From Candidatus Doudnabacteria bacterium (GTDB taxonomy: Bacteria; Patescibacteriota; Doudnabacteria; UBA920), in contig CAVYGQ010000001.1 in the NCBI GenBank assembly GCA_963768175.1, forward strand, positions 100,481 through 164,480: a stretch of DNA of 64,000 nucleotides, read 5' to 3'. This document shows, piece by piece, positions 44,938-54,256 of this stretch. The notes under the pieces were generated by a model, which did not search any database, had not been told where the DNA came from, and worked only from the letters and a program-made list of their open reading frames with translations. The position numbers were made by a program, and so were the translations under genes. The stretch's first letter is position 1, and every line of letters starts with the position of its first letter.

Positions 44938-46788
44938 TCAGCGACCATTCGGCGGTTTTTTCGGCAAATCCAATTTAATATGCAATTCTTTCAGCTGCTT
45001 TTCTTCCACAGCGCTCGGAGCGCCCATCATTACGTCTTCGGCCGAGCCGTTTTTGGGGAAAGCAACGACTTCGCGGATGTTGGGCTCGTTTTCAAGCATC
45101 ATCAGTATCCTGTCTATTCCGGGCGCAAAACCGCCGTGCGGCGGCGCGCCGTATTCAAAGGCGCGGATCATGCCGCCGAATTTTTGGTCCACGGTTTCTT
45201 TGCTGTAGCCGCAAATCTCGAAGGCTTTATACATAATTTCCGGCTTGTAGTTGCGGATGGCGCCGGAAGAGAGCTCAAGCCCGTTACCAATAATATCGTA
45301 TTGATAAGCCCGTATCTCGTCGGGTTTCTGTGTTTCCAAAGCTTTCAGCCCGCCCTGCGGCATGCTAAACGGGTTATGCATAAAGTCCCAGCGTTTTTCC
45401 AAAGTGTTGTATTCAAACATCGGGAAATCGGTAATCCAGGCCCACGCAACCACGCTGGGATCTTTGAATCCAAAAATATCTCCCAGCTTGTCTCGGAGTT
45501 TGCCTAGTACTTTGTTCACGATAACTTTTTGATCGGCGCCAAAAAAGATTATGTCTCCGGTAGCGGCGCCGGTTTTGTCGATGATGGATTTTATTTCCTC
45601 AGGAGATAGGAATTTAAGGATGGGAGATTTAAGATATTTTTCAACCTCTCCCTCGGTCCCTCCCCAAGTCTTGGGGAGGGAAGACCCATTTGGTTGGTCT
45701 GCGACCACAATATACGCTAATCCGCCCGCGCCTTCTTTTTTTACCATTTCGGTTAATTCGTCAATTTGGGAGCGCGCTAGCTCGGCGCCGCCCTGGCAAC
45801 AAATGGCTTTTACCACGCCGCCGTTTTTTATGGCGTTGCCAAAAACGCTGAATTGCGTATTCTTTAAATCTTCGGACAAATCCACCAATTTCATTTCAAA
45901 ACGCAGGTCGGGTTTGTCGGAGCCGTACAAACCCATAACCTCAAGGAAGGGAAGGCGCGGAAAAGGTTTCCGCGCGCACTTTTTCCCGGCGAATTTTTCC
46001 GTCAGCTCCACAAATAACGGTTCCATTTCCTGAAAGACAATTTCATCTCGATCCGCAAAAGCTATTTCTAAATCTAATTGATAAAATTCGCCGGGGCTTC
46101 TGTCCGCTCGCGGATCTTCGTCGCGAAAGCACGGGGCAATTTGGTAATACTTGGGCACTCCGCCTATCATCAGTAATTGTTTAAATTGTTGCGGCGCCTG
46201 CGGCAACGCGTAAAATTTTCCGGGGTGCAGGCGGGACGGCACCAAAAAGTCGCGCGCGCCTTCAGGACTGCTGGAAGTTAAAATCGGCGTAGCCACCTCA
46301 ATAAAACCATGAGCCGTCATGTAGCGGTGGATGGTTTGAATCATCTCGTGCCGCTTTTTTAGCATCGCTTGCATTTTTTCGCGGCGCAAATCCAAAAAGC
46401 GGTACTTGAGGCGCAAGTCTTCGTTAATTTCCTGTTCCTCGCCGTGGCCGTGCGCTACGGGGAAAGGCAAAGGTTTGGAAGTGTTGAGGATGGTAATTGA
46501 TGAAGTTAAAATTTCCACGCCGCCGGTCGGTATATTTTCGTTTTTGGTTTCGGCGCTTCTTTCAATAATTTTGCCTTCAGCCTTAATTACAAACTCGTCG
46601 CGGCATTTGTCGGCCGCGGCAAAAGCTTCTTTGGCTTCCGGATGAACGGCAAGCTGGACAAGGCCGGTGTGGTCGCGCAAATCAATAAAAATAACGCCCC
46701 CGTGGTCGCGCCGGGAGTTTACCCAGCCCGAGACCGAGGCGTTTTGCCCGATTTTTTCGGGCGTTTCTGCGGATAGTGTTCGTTGCAT
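44938..46788 (-). CDS. aspS: Aspartate--tRNA ligase, with in-frame family B insert
   Basis: RRDHGGVIFIDLRD, PEGARDF, ALPQAPQQFKQ, CFRDED, GAPPHGG; insert at 45644-45683. Confidence 0.97.
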   Translation of the reverse strand: MQRTLSAETPEKIGQNASVSGWVNSRRDHGGVIFIDLRDHTGLVQLAVHPEAKEAFAAADKCRDEFVIKAEGKIIERSAETKNENIPTGGVEILTSSITILNTSKPLPFPVAHGHGEEQEINEDLRLKYRFLDLRREKMQAMLKKRHEMIQTIHRYMTAHGFIEVATPILTSSSPEGARDFLVPSRLHPGKFYALPQAPQQFKQLLMIGGVPKYYQIAPCFRDEDPRADRSPGEFYQLDLEIAFADRDEIVFQEMEPLFVELTEKFAGKKCARKPFPRLPFLEVMGLYGSDKPDLRFEMKLVDLSEDLKNTQFSVFGNAIKNGGVVKAICCQGGAELARSQIDELTEMVKKEGAGGLAYIVVADQPNGSSLPKTWGGTEGEVEKYLKSPILKFLSPEEIKSIIDKTGAATGDIIFFGADQKVIVNKVLGKLRDKLGDIFGFKDPSVVAWAWITDFPMFEYNTLEKRWDFMHNPFSMPQGGLKALETQKPDEIRAYQYDIIGNGLELSSGAIRNYKPEIMYKAFEICGYSKETVDQKFGGMIRAFEYGAPPHGGFAPGIDRILMMLENEPNIREVVAFPKNGSAEDVMMGAPSAVEEKQLKELHIKLDLPKKPPNGR

Positions 46789-46888
46789 ATATTTTGACCG
46801 TAATTGCGATAAACAGTCGCCACGGCAGTTAAAAATGAATACAAAAGTATTTTACAATAAAATCGTAAATATGGCAAAAATAATTAAA

Positions 46889-46927
46889 GCTACAGGGGAC
46901 ACTTCTTCCAGAAGTGTCCCCTGTAGC
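46889..46927. repeat. CTAC/GTAG-bounded palindrome
   Basis: gctacaggggacacttct-tcc-agaagtgtcccctgtagc. Confidence 0.8.
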
Positions 46928-46975
46928 GGTTGATCAGTTTTTGACAAAAACAGAGAGAGGGTTAGAATAAATTTA

Positions 46976-47372
46976 ACCAATCCAAAGGGACAGGAGCCAA
47001 ACTGTGTCCTTCGGGGCACTCAATAGGCTGAAAGGCCTTATCAGTTTGGTTTAAAAGGGAGGGAATGGCCATATGACTGTGACCAATTCCGTCATGAAGA
47101 ACGGCTAAGAAGATAAGTTGTCACCCCACGGACGCGATCGTGGGGACAAAATCGCCTAAGGATCCGGCTAACGGACTGGAGACCAAAGGTGCCCGGGAGA
47201 TAGCCTGCCTATTTGCCGTGGGTAAGGTTTGTACCGGGCAGCAATCATAAGCTTGGCTGCGGGCGCAGCCACTCCTTCGGCGAAGTTTTTAGGAGAATTC
47301 AGGGTAGCACAAGCTACCAAGGAATAGCGATATTCCGCCCCACTTGATGCCGGCAAGTGGGGTTCGTTTTTG
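46976..47372 (+). ncRNA. Candidate structured ncRNA 2
   Basis: ttgaca-16-tagaat promoter (46941-46968), many hairpins, terminator ccccacttg...caagtgggg plus T tract; motifs shared with ncRNA 1. Confidence 0.55.
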
Positions 47373-47434
47373 TCTTTTTACAAAAAATTTTCTATACTAT
47401 ATGAGTAAAAATCAATTAAAAGGTATGATTGGAT

Positions 47435-47523
47435 TTCCCCTCTTAAAATAAGAGGGGATTAAGGGGTGATATTTATCATCGGCGATATCCCCTCCTAGCC
47501 TCCCCTTATACTAAGGGGAGGGA
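47435..47523. repeat. Family B double palindrome (CCCCTCTTAAAATAAGAGGGG...CTCCCCTTA/TAAGGGGAG)
   Basis: Left half is nearly identical to the insert in trmH (14735-14768). Confidence 0.8.
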
Positions 47524-47540
47524 AATCGCAGGAAACCAAA

Positions 47541-48123
47541 ATGGCTTTAAAAAAAATCATACTTGATTTAGAGACACAAAAATCTTTCCAAGATGTCGGG
47601 GGGCGGGGGAAGAACCATTTGCTAAAAGTCAGCGTGTGCGTAATTTACGATTACGCCACAAATAAATATACGGCTTACGAGGAGCACGAGCTGGGCAAAC
47701 TCGCGCCGGTTTTGCAGACGGCCGACCAGATTATCGGTTATAACATAAAAGATTTTGACTTTGAAGTCTTAAGGCCTTATTTGAATTTTAATATCCACGA
47801 AGTGCCGTATTTGGATTTGTTGGAAGAAATAGAAAAAGTTTTGCAGCATCGCATAAAGTTAGAAGTCAGTCGCCCAGGGTACACTGGGCAGCGGTAAATC
47901 CGGCACTGGGCTGGAGGCACTTTTGTATTATAAGAACGGTCGTATGGATTTGCTGAAGAAATATTGTCTGGACGACGTAAAAATTACCAAGCAAATTTAC
48001 GATTACGCGCTAAAAAACCAAAAAGTTTTGTATAAAGATTTTTTTAAGACCAAAGAGATACCGTTAAAGATTGCGGAAGCCGTGCCGAGGGTTGGGGTAA
48101 AACATCAAGCGTCTTTATTTTAA
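47541..48123 (+). pseudogene. RNase H-like (RNase_H_2/DEDD) exonuclease domain gene with a 1-nt frameshift
   Basis: LDLETQK, IGYNIKDFDF; removing one base at ~47864 gives KLESVAQGTLGSGKSGTGLEA...YCLDDV. Confidence 0.75.
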
Positions 48124-49013
48124 TGACAAAAACGACGGAAATGACAAAATTGACAAAAATAAGAATCATGCTTTATTTTTGCTCATTTTTGCTCATTTTT
48201 TTAATTTTTGTCATTTTATTCGGTTTTGTTTTTCCGGAGCGCGTTATCCTTCCCCAGTATTTCCATCTAGGACCGCTAATTATCCGTTATTACGGCGTTA
48301 TAATAGCCCTTGCCGCCGTTAGTGGCTTTTACTTGGCGATAAAAAGAGCGCCGCAATTTGGCCTTGAGCAAAAACGTGCCGAGGATATTTTGTTTTGGGT
48401 AGTTTTAGGAGGTTACGTTGGCGCGCGGTTGTACCATGTATTATCATCAATCGGTTATTATTCGCAAAACCCCACAGGTATTTTTAAAGTCTGGAACGGC
48501 GGTCTGTCCATTTACGGCGCCGTCCTCGGTGGCATTTTAAGTCTGTGGGTTTTAAAAAGATTGTACACCGTGCACTGGCCACTGCTTGCTCTTTTGGACT
48601 GGCTCGCGCCTTGCGTCTTAGTTGGGCAAATCATCGGCCGCTTTGGCAACCTGTTTAATTACGAAGCTTTTGGCTATCCGACCAATTTGCCTTGGAAAAT
48701 GTTTGTGCCCGAAATATTCCGCCCAATCCAGTACGCGTCGGCGGCATTTTTCCACCCATGGTTTTTGTACGAGGCTTTAGGCAATATCATTATCTTAGTT
48801 TTTTTGCTTAAAATTTTTAAACCCAAAGCCGCCGGAGAGGTTGTTTTTATGTACCTTTTATTGTATAATAGTTTAAGATTTGCTTTGGAATTTTTGAGAA
48901 TAGACAGCACTTTTATAGGTTGGGCGAGGCTAAACGCGAGTGTAAGTCTGTTTTTGATATCGGTATCTTTGGGTGGGTTATTTTATGTCAGAAAACGTGT
49001 TAAAACATCATAA
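48123..49013 (+). CDS. lgt: Prolipoprotein diacylglyceryl transferase
   Basis: IRYYG, GARLYHV, GGLSIYG, GRFGNLFNYEAFG, HPWFLYE, RFALEFLR; N-terminus encoded by a 9-mer inverted-repeat tract. Confidence 0.95.
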   Translation: MTKTTEMTKLTKIRIMLYFCSFLLIFLIFVILFGFVFPERVILPQYFHLGPLIIRYYGVIIALAAVSGFYLAIKRAPQFGLEQKRAEDILFWVVLGGYVGARLYHVLSSIGYYSQNPTGIFKVWNGGLSIYGAVLGGILSLWVLKRLYTVHWPLLALLDWLAPCVLVGQIIGRFGNLFNYEAFGYPTNLPWKMFVPEIFRPIQYASAAFFHPWFLYEALGNIIILVFLLKIFKPKAAGEVVFMYLLLYNSLRFALEFLRIDSTFIGWARLNASVSLFLISVSLGGLFYVRKRVKTS

Positions 49014-49740
49014 GCTAATTTCTATCTGCATTGGACTGATGTTTTTGTTGGTTGTCCAGAATTTTTCCCAGCCTATGCCGGTTTTCAGATTTTTATTGCC
49101 CGCCGTTTTATTTTACGTAGGTTTAGTGGCAGCTTATAACCGCTGGTATTTGAAGCAGATTGGGAAATATAATTTTTGGGCGCTGCTCTTGCCCGAGCTT
49201 TTAATGGCCGCGGGGTTTGGCGCTTTTTTGGTTATCCATTCACAAAATTTGCGCGGTTTATTTTTAACTGCGACCGTTGTTTTTATAGCTTTTGCTGAAA
49301 TTATTTTAGGCAATATGTCGGAAAATTTAATGCTGAACCAAACCTTGATTATTGCCTTTGGCCTGTTTTTAAGTTTTTTCGGTGCTTATTATTACACCCC
49401 AAGTTTTCAGCCGATGTATTTAATCGGCGTGTTTTTAGGCGGCGGGATTTTGGCCAGGGTTTTTTATGAATCGGTCCCGCAGCCGGAAAAAACCAAATTA
49501 ATTGGCGCTATGGTTATTGGGCTGTTTTGCGCGGAATTATTTTGGGTTTTAAACTTTTTACAGTTTCATTTTAGCGTTTTAAGTTTAATTTTGTTTAATA
49601 TTTTTTATTTCTGTTTGGTTTTAAATTACTACCATCTGTTTCATAACTTGAATTTTAAAAAAGTCCAGTTTCATTTATTGCTGATTGCTTTTTGCAGCAT
49701 ATTGGTTGTAATGGAAACACCTTGGGCCATCCGTCCTTAA
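48985..49740 (+). CDS. Multi-pass membrane protein
   Basis: About 9 hydrophobic segments. Confidence 0.7.
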   Translation: MSENVLKHHKLISICIGLMFLLVVQNFSQPMPVFRFLLPAVLFYVGLVAAYNRWYLKQIGKYNFWALLLPELLMAAGFGAFLVIHSQNLRGLFLTATVVFIAFAEIILGNMSENLMLNQTLIIAFGLFLSFFGAYYYTPSFQPMYLIGVFLGGGILARVFYESVPQPEKTKLIGAMVIGLFCAELFWVLNFLQFHFSVLSLILFNIFYFCLVLNYYHLFHNLNFKKVQFHLLLIAFCSILVVMETPWAIRP

Positions 49741-49746
49741 AATTAT

Positions 49747-50811
49747 ATGTCAAAAAAACAAGCAATAGGAATAGTTATAGTTGCGGTTTTAATAGGCTGG
49801 ATTTTTAACGTTTTTGCCGGGCGTTTTTTAATGGCTAGAGTTTCCACTTGGCCGCTTTTAAATAAGTGGAAAATTTTAAGCCCGCAGGCGCCGATTGTCA
49901 TTAATAACCATGAGACGGTGCGCGTTAGCGACAGCGGCGATATTGCCGCGGCCGCGGACGACGTTAAATCAAAAATTAGCAGCGTGGCGCAGGTTTTCGG
50001 CAGCTCCGTGATTTTTTCCGGTACCGCGGTAAATTTGACTTCTGACGGAAGCTTTGTCACCGCCCCCGGAAGTTTTAAAAGCAAGTCCATAGGGGCTTAT
50101 TATGTTGTTTTAAACGACGGCACTTTTGGCAAAGTTAGCCAGCAAACAACTGATCCGGCGACTTCTTTGATATTTTTTAAAGCGGAGTTAAGCGGGGTGC
50201 CGGCGGCTAACCTGGCAGTTTCCGGCGACATTAAAGTCGGAGATAAAGTTTTATTCGCGCAAGACTCCCTGCAAAAATTTGACATTAAAGCGATTGCGGC
50301 TTCTGTCACCCAGGGGCAAAATGACGTCGAGGGGCAGATTTTTCAAACCGATTTTCCCAGCCGTTCTTTCGCTGCTTCAGCGGATACCACTTTGGCGCCC
50401 GGAGAAGCGGTGGTTGATACCAGCGGAAACATAGCGGGCGTTTGGAACGGCAGCGCCATAGTTTCTTCCGATGTGCTAAAACAGGCTATCGCTGTGTATT
50501 TTAACAACCCGCAAAACATTATTCGCCCAAGTTTTGGTTTTAGTTACTCCATAATTACGCAAAGCGACAGCAAATTAATTAGTTTGCCCGAAGGGGCTAT
50601 GGTAAAAGAGGAGGATGCCAATTCGCCTGCCCGTTTGGCGGGGCTGCAGGTTAACGATGTAATAACCGCTCTTGGCGGCCAGGCGGTAAGCGAAAGTTCG
50701 CCGTTTGAGCAAATGTTGGAACAATTTAAACCTGGCGATAAAATGGTTTTAACAATAACGCGTAAAAGCCAGACAGTAAATTTAACTTTGACCGTCGGAC
50801 AATTAAAATAA
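49747..50811 (+). CDS. HtrA/DegP-like trypsin-PDZ protein, catalytic triad apparently lost
   Basis: SGTAVNLTSDGSFVTA, PDZ (SPARLAGLQVNDVI); no TNxHV or GNSGG motif. Confidence 0.75.
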   Translation: MSKKQAIGIVIVAVLIGWIFNVFAGRFLMARVSTWPLLNKWKILSPQAPIVINNHETVRVSDSGDIAAAADDVKSKISSVAQVFGSSVIFSGTAVNLTSDGSFVTAPGSFKSKSIGAYYVVLNDGTFGKVSQQTTDPATSLIFFKAELSGVPAANLAVSGDIKVGDKVLFAQDSLQKFDIKAIAASVTQGQNDVEGQIFQTDFPSRSFAASADTTLAPGEAVVDTSGNIAGVWNGSAIVSSDVLKQAIAVYFNNPQNIIRPSFGFSYSIITQSDSKLISLPEGAMVKEEDANSPARLAGLQVNDVITALGGQAVSESSPFEQMLEQFKPGDKMVLTITRKSQTVNLTLTVGQLK

Positions 50812-50833
50812 TAGGATTTACGTGGTCGCCAGT

Positions 50834-50937
50834 TGAGGACAGCCCTCTGGCACAGTATCGGTAATAATTAAAACGATTTATAAATATCAAGTCATTATTT
50901 ATTTAGTGGCGTTGGCTTGCCAGAGGACTGTCCTCAA
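50834..50937. repeat. Inverted-repeat element (GAGGACAGCCCTCTGGCA...TGCCAGAGGACTGTCCTC)
   Basis: 18-bp arms around an AT-rich spacer. Confidence 0.75.
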
Positions 50938-50964
50938 GCTCGTTGGCATCAACAATTTACTCAA

Positions 50965-51414
50965 ATGGAAATATCAAAATTGGGATTAGAAGAGGCCAAA
51001 AAAGTTAAGACTTACGACCACCGGGGCAAAGAAAACGGTTGGTTGGTGGAACTGTATAAAGATAAGGGAACTGGCAAAAAAACCGAAAGCTACCTTACAG
51101 CGGTTTTGCCCGGGGCCTTTAAGGGTTACCACTTGCATCGCGTACGCGCAGCGCGCTATGTGGCCATAAAGGGTAAAATGAAAATTACTTGCTACGAAAA
51201 CCACGATGGCAAATGGCAGTCTACCGAGTTTATTTTATCGGCTGACAACCCCCAAAGATTGTTCATTCCAAAAAATGTGGCAACCGGTTTGAAAAATATC
51301 GGCAACGAAGAAGCCTGGCTAATAAATTATCCGGACCCGGCCTACGATCCATTATTGGAAGATGAACAGGTGGAATATACGAAGGAGGAATTAGAGCAAG
51401 GGATTATTAAATAA
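50965..51414 (+). CDS. rfbC: dTDP-4-dehydrorhamnose 3,5-epimerase-like cupin
   Basis: GWLVELY, PGAFKGYHLH, LFIPKNVATG; first gene of the rfb cluster. Confidence 0.7.
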   Translation: MEISKLGLEEAKKVKTYDHRGKENGWLVELYKDKGTGKKTESYLTAVLPGAFKGYHLHRVRAARYVAIKGKMKITCYENHDGKWQSTEFILSADNPQRLFIPKNVATGLKNIGNEEAWLINYPDPAYDPLLEDEQVEYTKEELEQGIIK

Positions 51415-51438
51415 ATCCGAAATTTAGAGCGGAGATTT

Positions 51439-52458
51439 ATGAAGATATTAATTACCGGCGGAGCTGGATTTATCGGTTCCAACTTTGCGCATTATTGGAT
51501 AAAGCATTATCCGGACGGCCAAATTGTGGTTCTGGATAAGTTGACTTATGCCGGGAATCTAGAGAATTTATCTGATGTTATCAATCGCATAGAGTTCGTC
51601 AAAGGAGATATTTGCGATGAAGCGGTTGTCGGACGGGTAATGAAAGGCGTGGATGTGGTGGTGCATTTTGCGGCGGAAACTCATGTTGACAGGTCAATCC
51701 AAAATCCTGATGTTTTTGTCCGGACTAATGTTTTAGGCACGCAAGTTTTGCTTGAGGCGGCAAAAAAATATCAGGTAAAAAGATTTCATCACGTCTCCAC
51801 CGACGAAGTTTTCGGTAGCCTGCCGCTGGGCTCAAAAGAAAAGTGGAATGAGCAAACGCCTTACAACCCACGCAGCCCTTACTCGGCCAGTAAAGCCGCA
51901 AGTGACCATTTAGTCCGCGCTTATTATCATACCTACGGCTTGCCGATAACTATCAGCAACTGTGCCAATAACCTTGGCCCTTATATGTTTCCGGAAAAAT
52001 TAATTCCTCTTGCAATTACCAATCTTTTGGAAGGCAAAAAGGTGCCGATTTACAAACCAGGCAACCAAGTCCGCGAATGGCTGTATGTGGAAGACCATTG
52101 CAGCGGCATTGATGCGATTTTGGAAAAAGGGAAAATCGGTGAAACGTATTTTATCGGGCCCGACAATCCCGAGTTTACAAATTTGGAAGTTATCAGGAAA
52201 CTTTTGGTGCTTATGAAAGCGGGCGATGATATGCTGGAAATGGTCAGCGACCGCCCGGGGCACGACCAAAAATATGCGATGGATCATAGTAAAATATCAC
52301 GCGAACTTGGCTGGCGACCAAAGTACGGGCTGGATGATTCTTTAAAAATGCTTGTTGATTGGTATACGAAAAATCAAGACTGGTGGAAAGAGGTTAAAAG
52401 CGGGGAATATCAAAAGTATTACGAACGGCAATATAAAGGGAAAACAAATAACCGATAA
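51439..52458 (+). CDS. rfbB: dTDP-glucose 4,6-dehydratase
   Basis: TGGAGFIGSNF, DKLTYAGN, AAETHVDRS, STDEVFG, YSASK, DRPGHD. Confidence 0.96.
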   Translation: MKILITGGAGFIGSNFAHYWIKHYPDGQIVVLDKLTYAGNLENLSDVINRIEFVKGDICDEAVVGRVMKGVDVVVHFAAETHVDRSIQNPDVFVRTNVLGTQVLLEAAKKYQVKRFHHVSTDEVFGSLPLGSKEKWNEQTPYNPRSPYSASKAASDHLVRAYYHTYGLPITISNCANNLGPYMFPEKLIPLAITNLLEGKKVPIYKPGNQVREWLYVEDHCSGIDAILEKGKIGETYFIGPDNPEFTNLEVIRKLLVLMKAGDDMLEMVSDRPGHDQKYAMDHSKISRELGWRPKYGLDDSLKMLVDWYTKNQDWWKEVKSGEYQKYYERQYKGKTNNR

Positions 52459-52521
52459 TTGATAATTAATAACTCTGGAAACTGTAAGTAGTTATCGGTT
52501 ATAAATTAATAGTTATAAGTT
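52448..52521. repeat. Junction hairpin of inverted heptamer repeats (ATAAYYG)n...(GTTATNN)n
   Basis: Contains the rfbB stop and ends at the rfbD ATG. Confidence 0.7.
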
Positions 52522-53376
52522 ATGGGCACTATTTTAATTCTAGGGTCGCAAGGCTTGCTAGGCGGGGAGTTTAAAAGGACTTTTTCGCGCGCTTTGGGTT
52601 GGGACAGAAAAGAAATCGATATTAGCGAGGCGGAAAGTTTGGAAAACAAAATTTTAGCGCTTGGGCAAAAGCCCGCCGCCATTATTAATTGCGCGGCATA
52701 TAATAACGTTGACGGCGCGGAAAAAGAAAAAGACAAAGCTTTTTTAATAAATGCCACGGCTGTGGGCAATTTGGCCAAGGTGTGCGGTAAATTGGATATT
52801 TTATTGGTGCATTTTTCGACTAATTACGTGTTTGACGGCGAAAAAGGCGAGTACGCGGAAATCGACCAGCCTAACCCCATATCCGTATATGGGCAGTCTA
52901 AATATGAAGGGGAAAAATTGCTGGAGGCAAACTGCTTGAGATACTATTTGATTCGGACTTCGGTTTTGTTTGGCCAGGAGGCGGAAAGCCCGTATGCGAA
53001 AAAGAGTTTTATAGAAGTTATGTTGGGTTTATCAGAAAAAACTGCTACAATTAAGGCAGTAAATGACGAAACCAACAGCCTGACCTATGCAGCCGATTTG
53101 GCCAAAGCCGTAGAGGATTTAATTGTTAAAAAGTTTTCTTACGGCATTTACCATATAATTAACAGTGGGCAAGCGTCTTGGTATGATTTTGCCAGGGAAA
53201 TTTTTAGCATCAGCGGCAAAAAAATTAATTTGGTTCCGGTAAAGTCTACGGAATTTTTGCGCCAAGCCAAGCGGCCGAAAAAAGCCGTCTTGCTGAATAC
53301 CAAACTGCCGCCGCTTCGGAGCTGGCAGGAAGCGCTGAAAGAATACTTGAATCAGGAATCAAGAAGTATGAATTAG
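52522..53376 (+). CDS. rfbD: dTDP-4-dehydrorhamnose reductase
   Basis: GSQGLLG, INCAAYNNVD, HFSTNYVFDG, YGQSK. Confidence 0.93.
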   Translation: MGTILILGSQGLLGGEFKRTFSRALGWDRKEIDISEAESLENKILALGQKPAAIINCAAYNNVDGAEKEKDKAFLINATAVGNLAKVCGKLDILLVHFSTNYVFDGEKGEYAEIDQPNPISVYGQSKYEGEKLLEANCLRYYLIRTSVLFGQEAESPYAKKSFIEVMLGLSEKTATIKAVNDETNSLTYAADLAKAVEDLIVKKFSYGIYHIINSGQASWYDFAREIFSISGKKINLVPVKSTEFLRQAKRPKKAVLLNTKLPPLRSWQEALKEYLNQESRSMN

Positions 53377-53440
53377 GGTCTCCTAATTCCTAATTCCTAA
53401 TTCCTAATTCCTAATTCCTAATTCCTAATTCCTAATTCCT
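53350..53440. repeat. Heptamer element with 8 perfect CCTAATT copies
   Basis: Degenerate left arm aatcagg/aatcaag/aattagg within the rfbD 3' end; (CCTAATT)8 at 53382-53437. Confidence 0.9.
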
Positions 53441-53444
53441 TTTC

Positions 53445-54179
53445 ATGAAAGGCATTATTCTCTCCGGCGGCAGCGGCACGCGCCTGCATCCTTTAACCAA
53501 AGTTACCAGTAAACAGCTTTTGCCGGTTTACAATAAACCGATGATTTTGTATCCGCTGGAAACCCTGCTTAAGGCCGGCATCAAAGACATTTTGATAATT
53601 ATCGCGCCGGACCACCCGGGTGACTATATGAAACTGTTGGGCTCAGGCCGCGAGTTTGGCGCCCGTTTTTCTTACGAAATTCAAGATAAGCCGGAAGGCC
53701 TGGCCCAGGCTTTTATTATTGCCGAAGATTATATTGGAAGCGATAACGTTTGCATGATTTTAGGCGACAATATTTTTGAAGACGATTTTTCCAAAACTAT
53801 CAAAAATTTCAAAAAAGGCGGGCACGTTTTTGCCAAAAAGGTGACCGATCCCCAGCGGTTCGGCGTTGTTAAATTCAACGAAAATATGGACGCGGTTAAA
53901 ATTGAAGAAAAGCCCAAGGAGTTTTTGTCCGATTACGCAATTACCGGGCTTTATCTTTACGACAATCGCGTAGTACAAGCGGCAAAATCGGTTAGGCCAT
54001 CGGCGCGGGGCGAATTGGAAATTACGGAATTGCACAACTGGTATTTAAAAAGGAATGAACTGAAAGTAGACATAGTCAAAGGGCAGTGGATAGACGCCGG
54101 CACTTTTGAATCGCTGCACCGCGCCGGCGAGCTTATGCGCCGGAAGGCATTAAATAAACCGACACCAATCCACGAATGA
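53445..54179 (+). CDS. rfbA: Glucose-1-phosphate thymidylyltransferase (short form)
   Basis: GIILSGGSGTRLHPLT, SKQLLPVYNKPMI, GLAQAF, LGDNIF, SARGELEIT, WIDAGT. Confidence 0.94.
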   Translation: MKGIILSGGSGTRLHPLTKVTSKQLLPVYNKPMILYPLETLLKAGIKDILIIIAPDHPGDYMKLLGSGREFGARFSYEIQDKPEGLAQAFIIAEDYIGSDNVCMILGDNIFEDDFSKTIKNFKKGGHVFAKKVTDPQRFGVVKFNENMDAVKIEEKPKEFLSDYAITGLYLYDNRVVQAAKSVRPSARGELEITELHNWYLKRNELKVDIVKGQWIDAGTFESLHRAGELMRRKALNKPTPIHE

Positions 54180-54250
54180 GACACGAATGACGCGAATCCA
54201 AACCTAAATCCGTATTCGTATCATTCGTGTGCGATCCGTATATTAGTGTC
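54170..54250. repeat. Junction hairpin (CACGAAT)n...(ATTCGTR)n
   Basis: cacgaatgagacacgaatgacgcgaat...attcgtatcattcgtgtg; contains the rfbA stop. Confidence 0.75.
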
Positions 54251-54256
54251 GCTATT

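Noticed and set aside
44846-46933. Long plus-strand ORFs opposite aspS (and similar antisense ORFs elsewhere)
   Set aside because: Shadow frames of well-supported genes.
46976-47372. RNase P RNA, tmRNA or SRP RNA
   Set aside because: No GAGGAAAGTCC/CGGCTTA P4 motifs, tRNA-like ends or SRP loop found by eye; same for 36875-37236.
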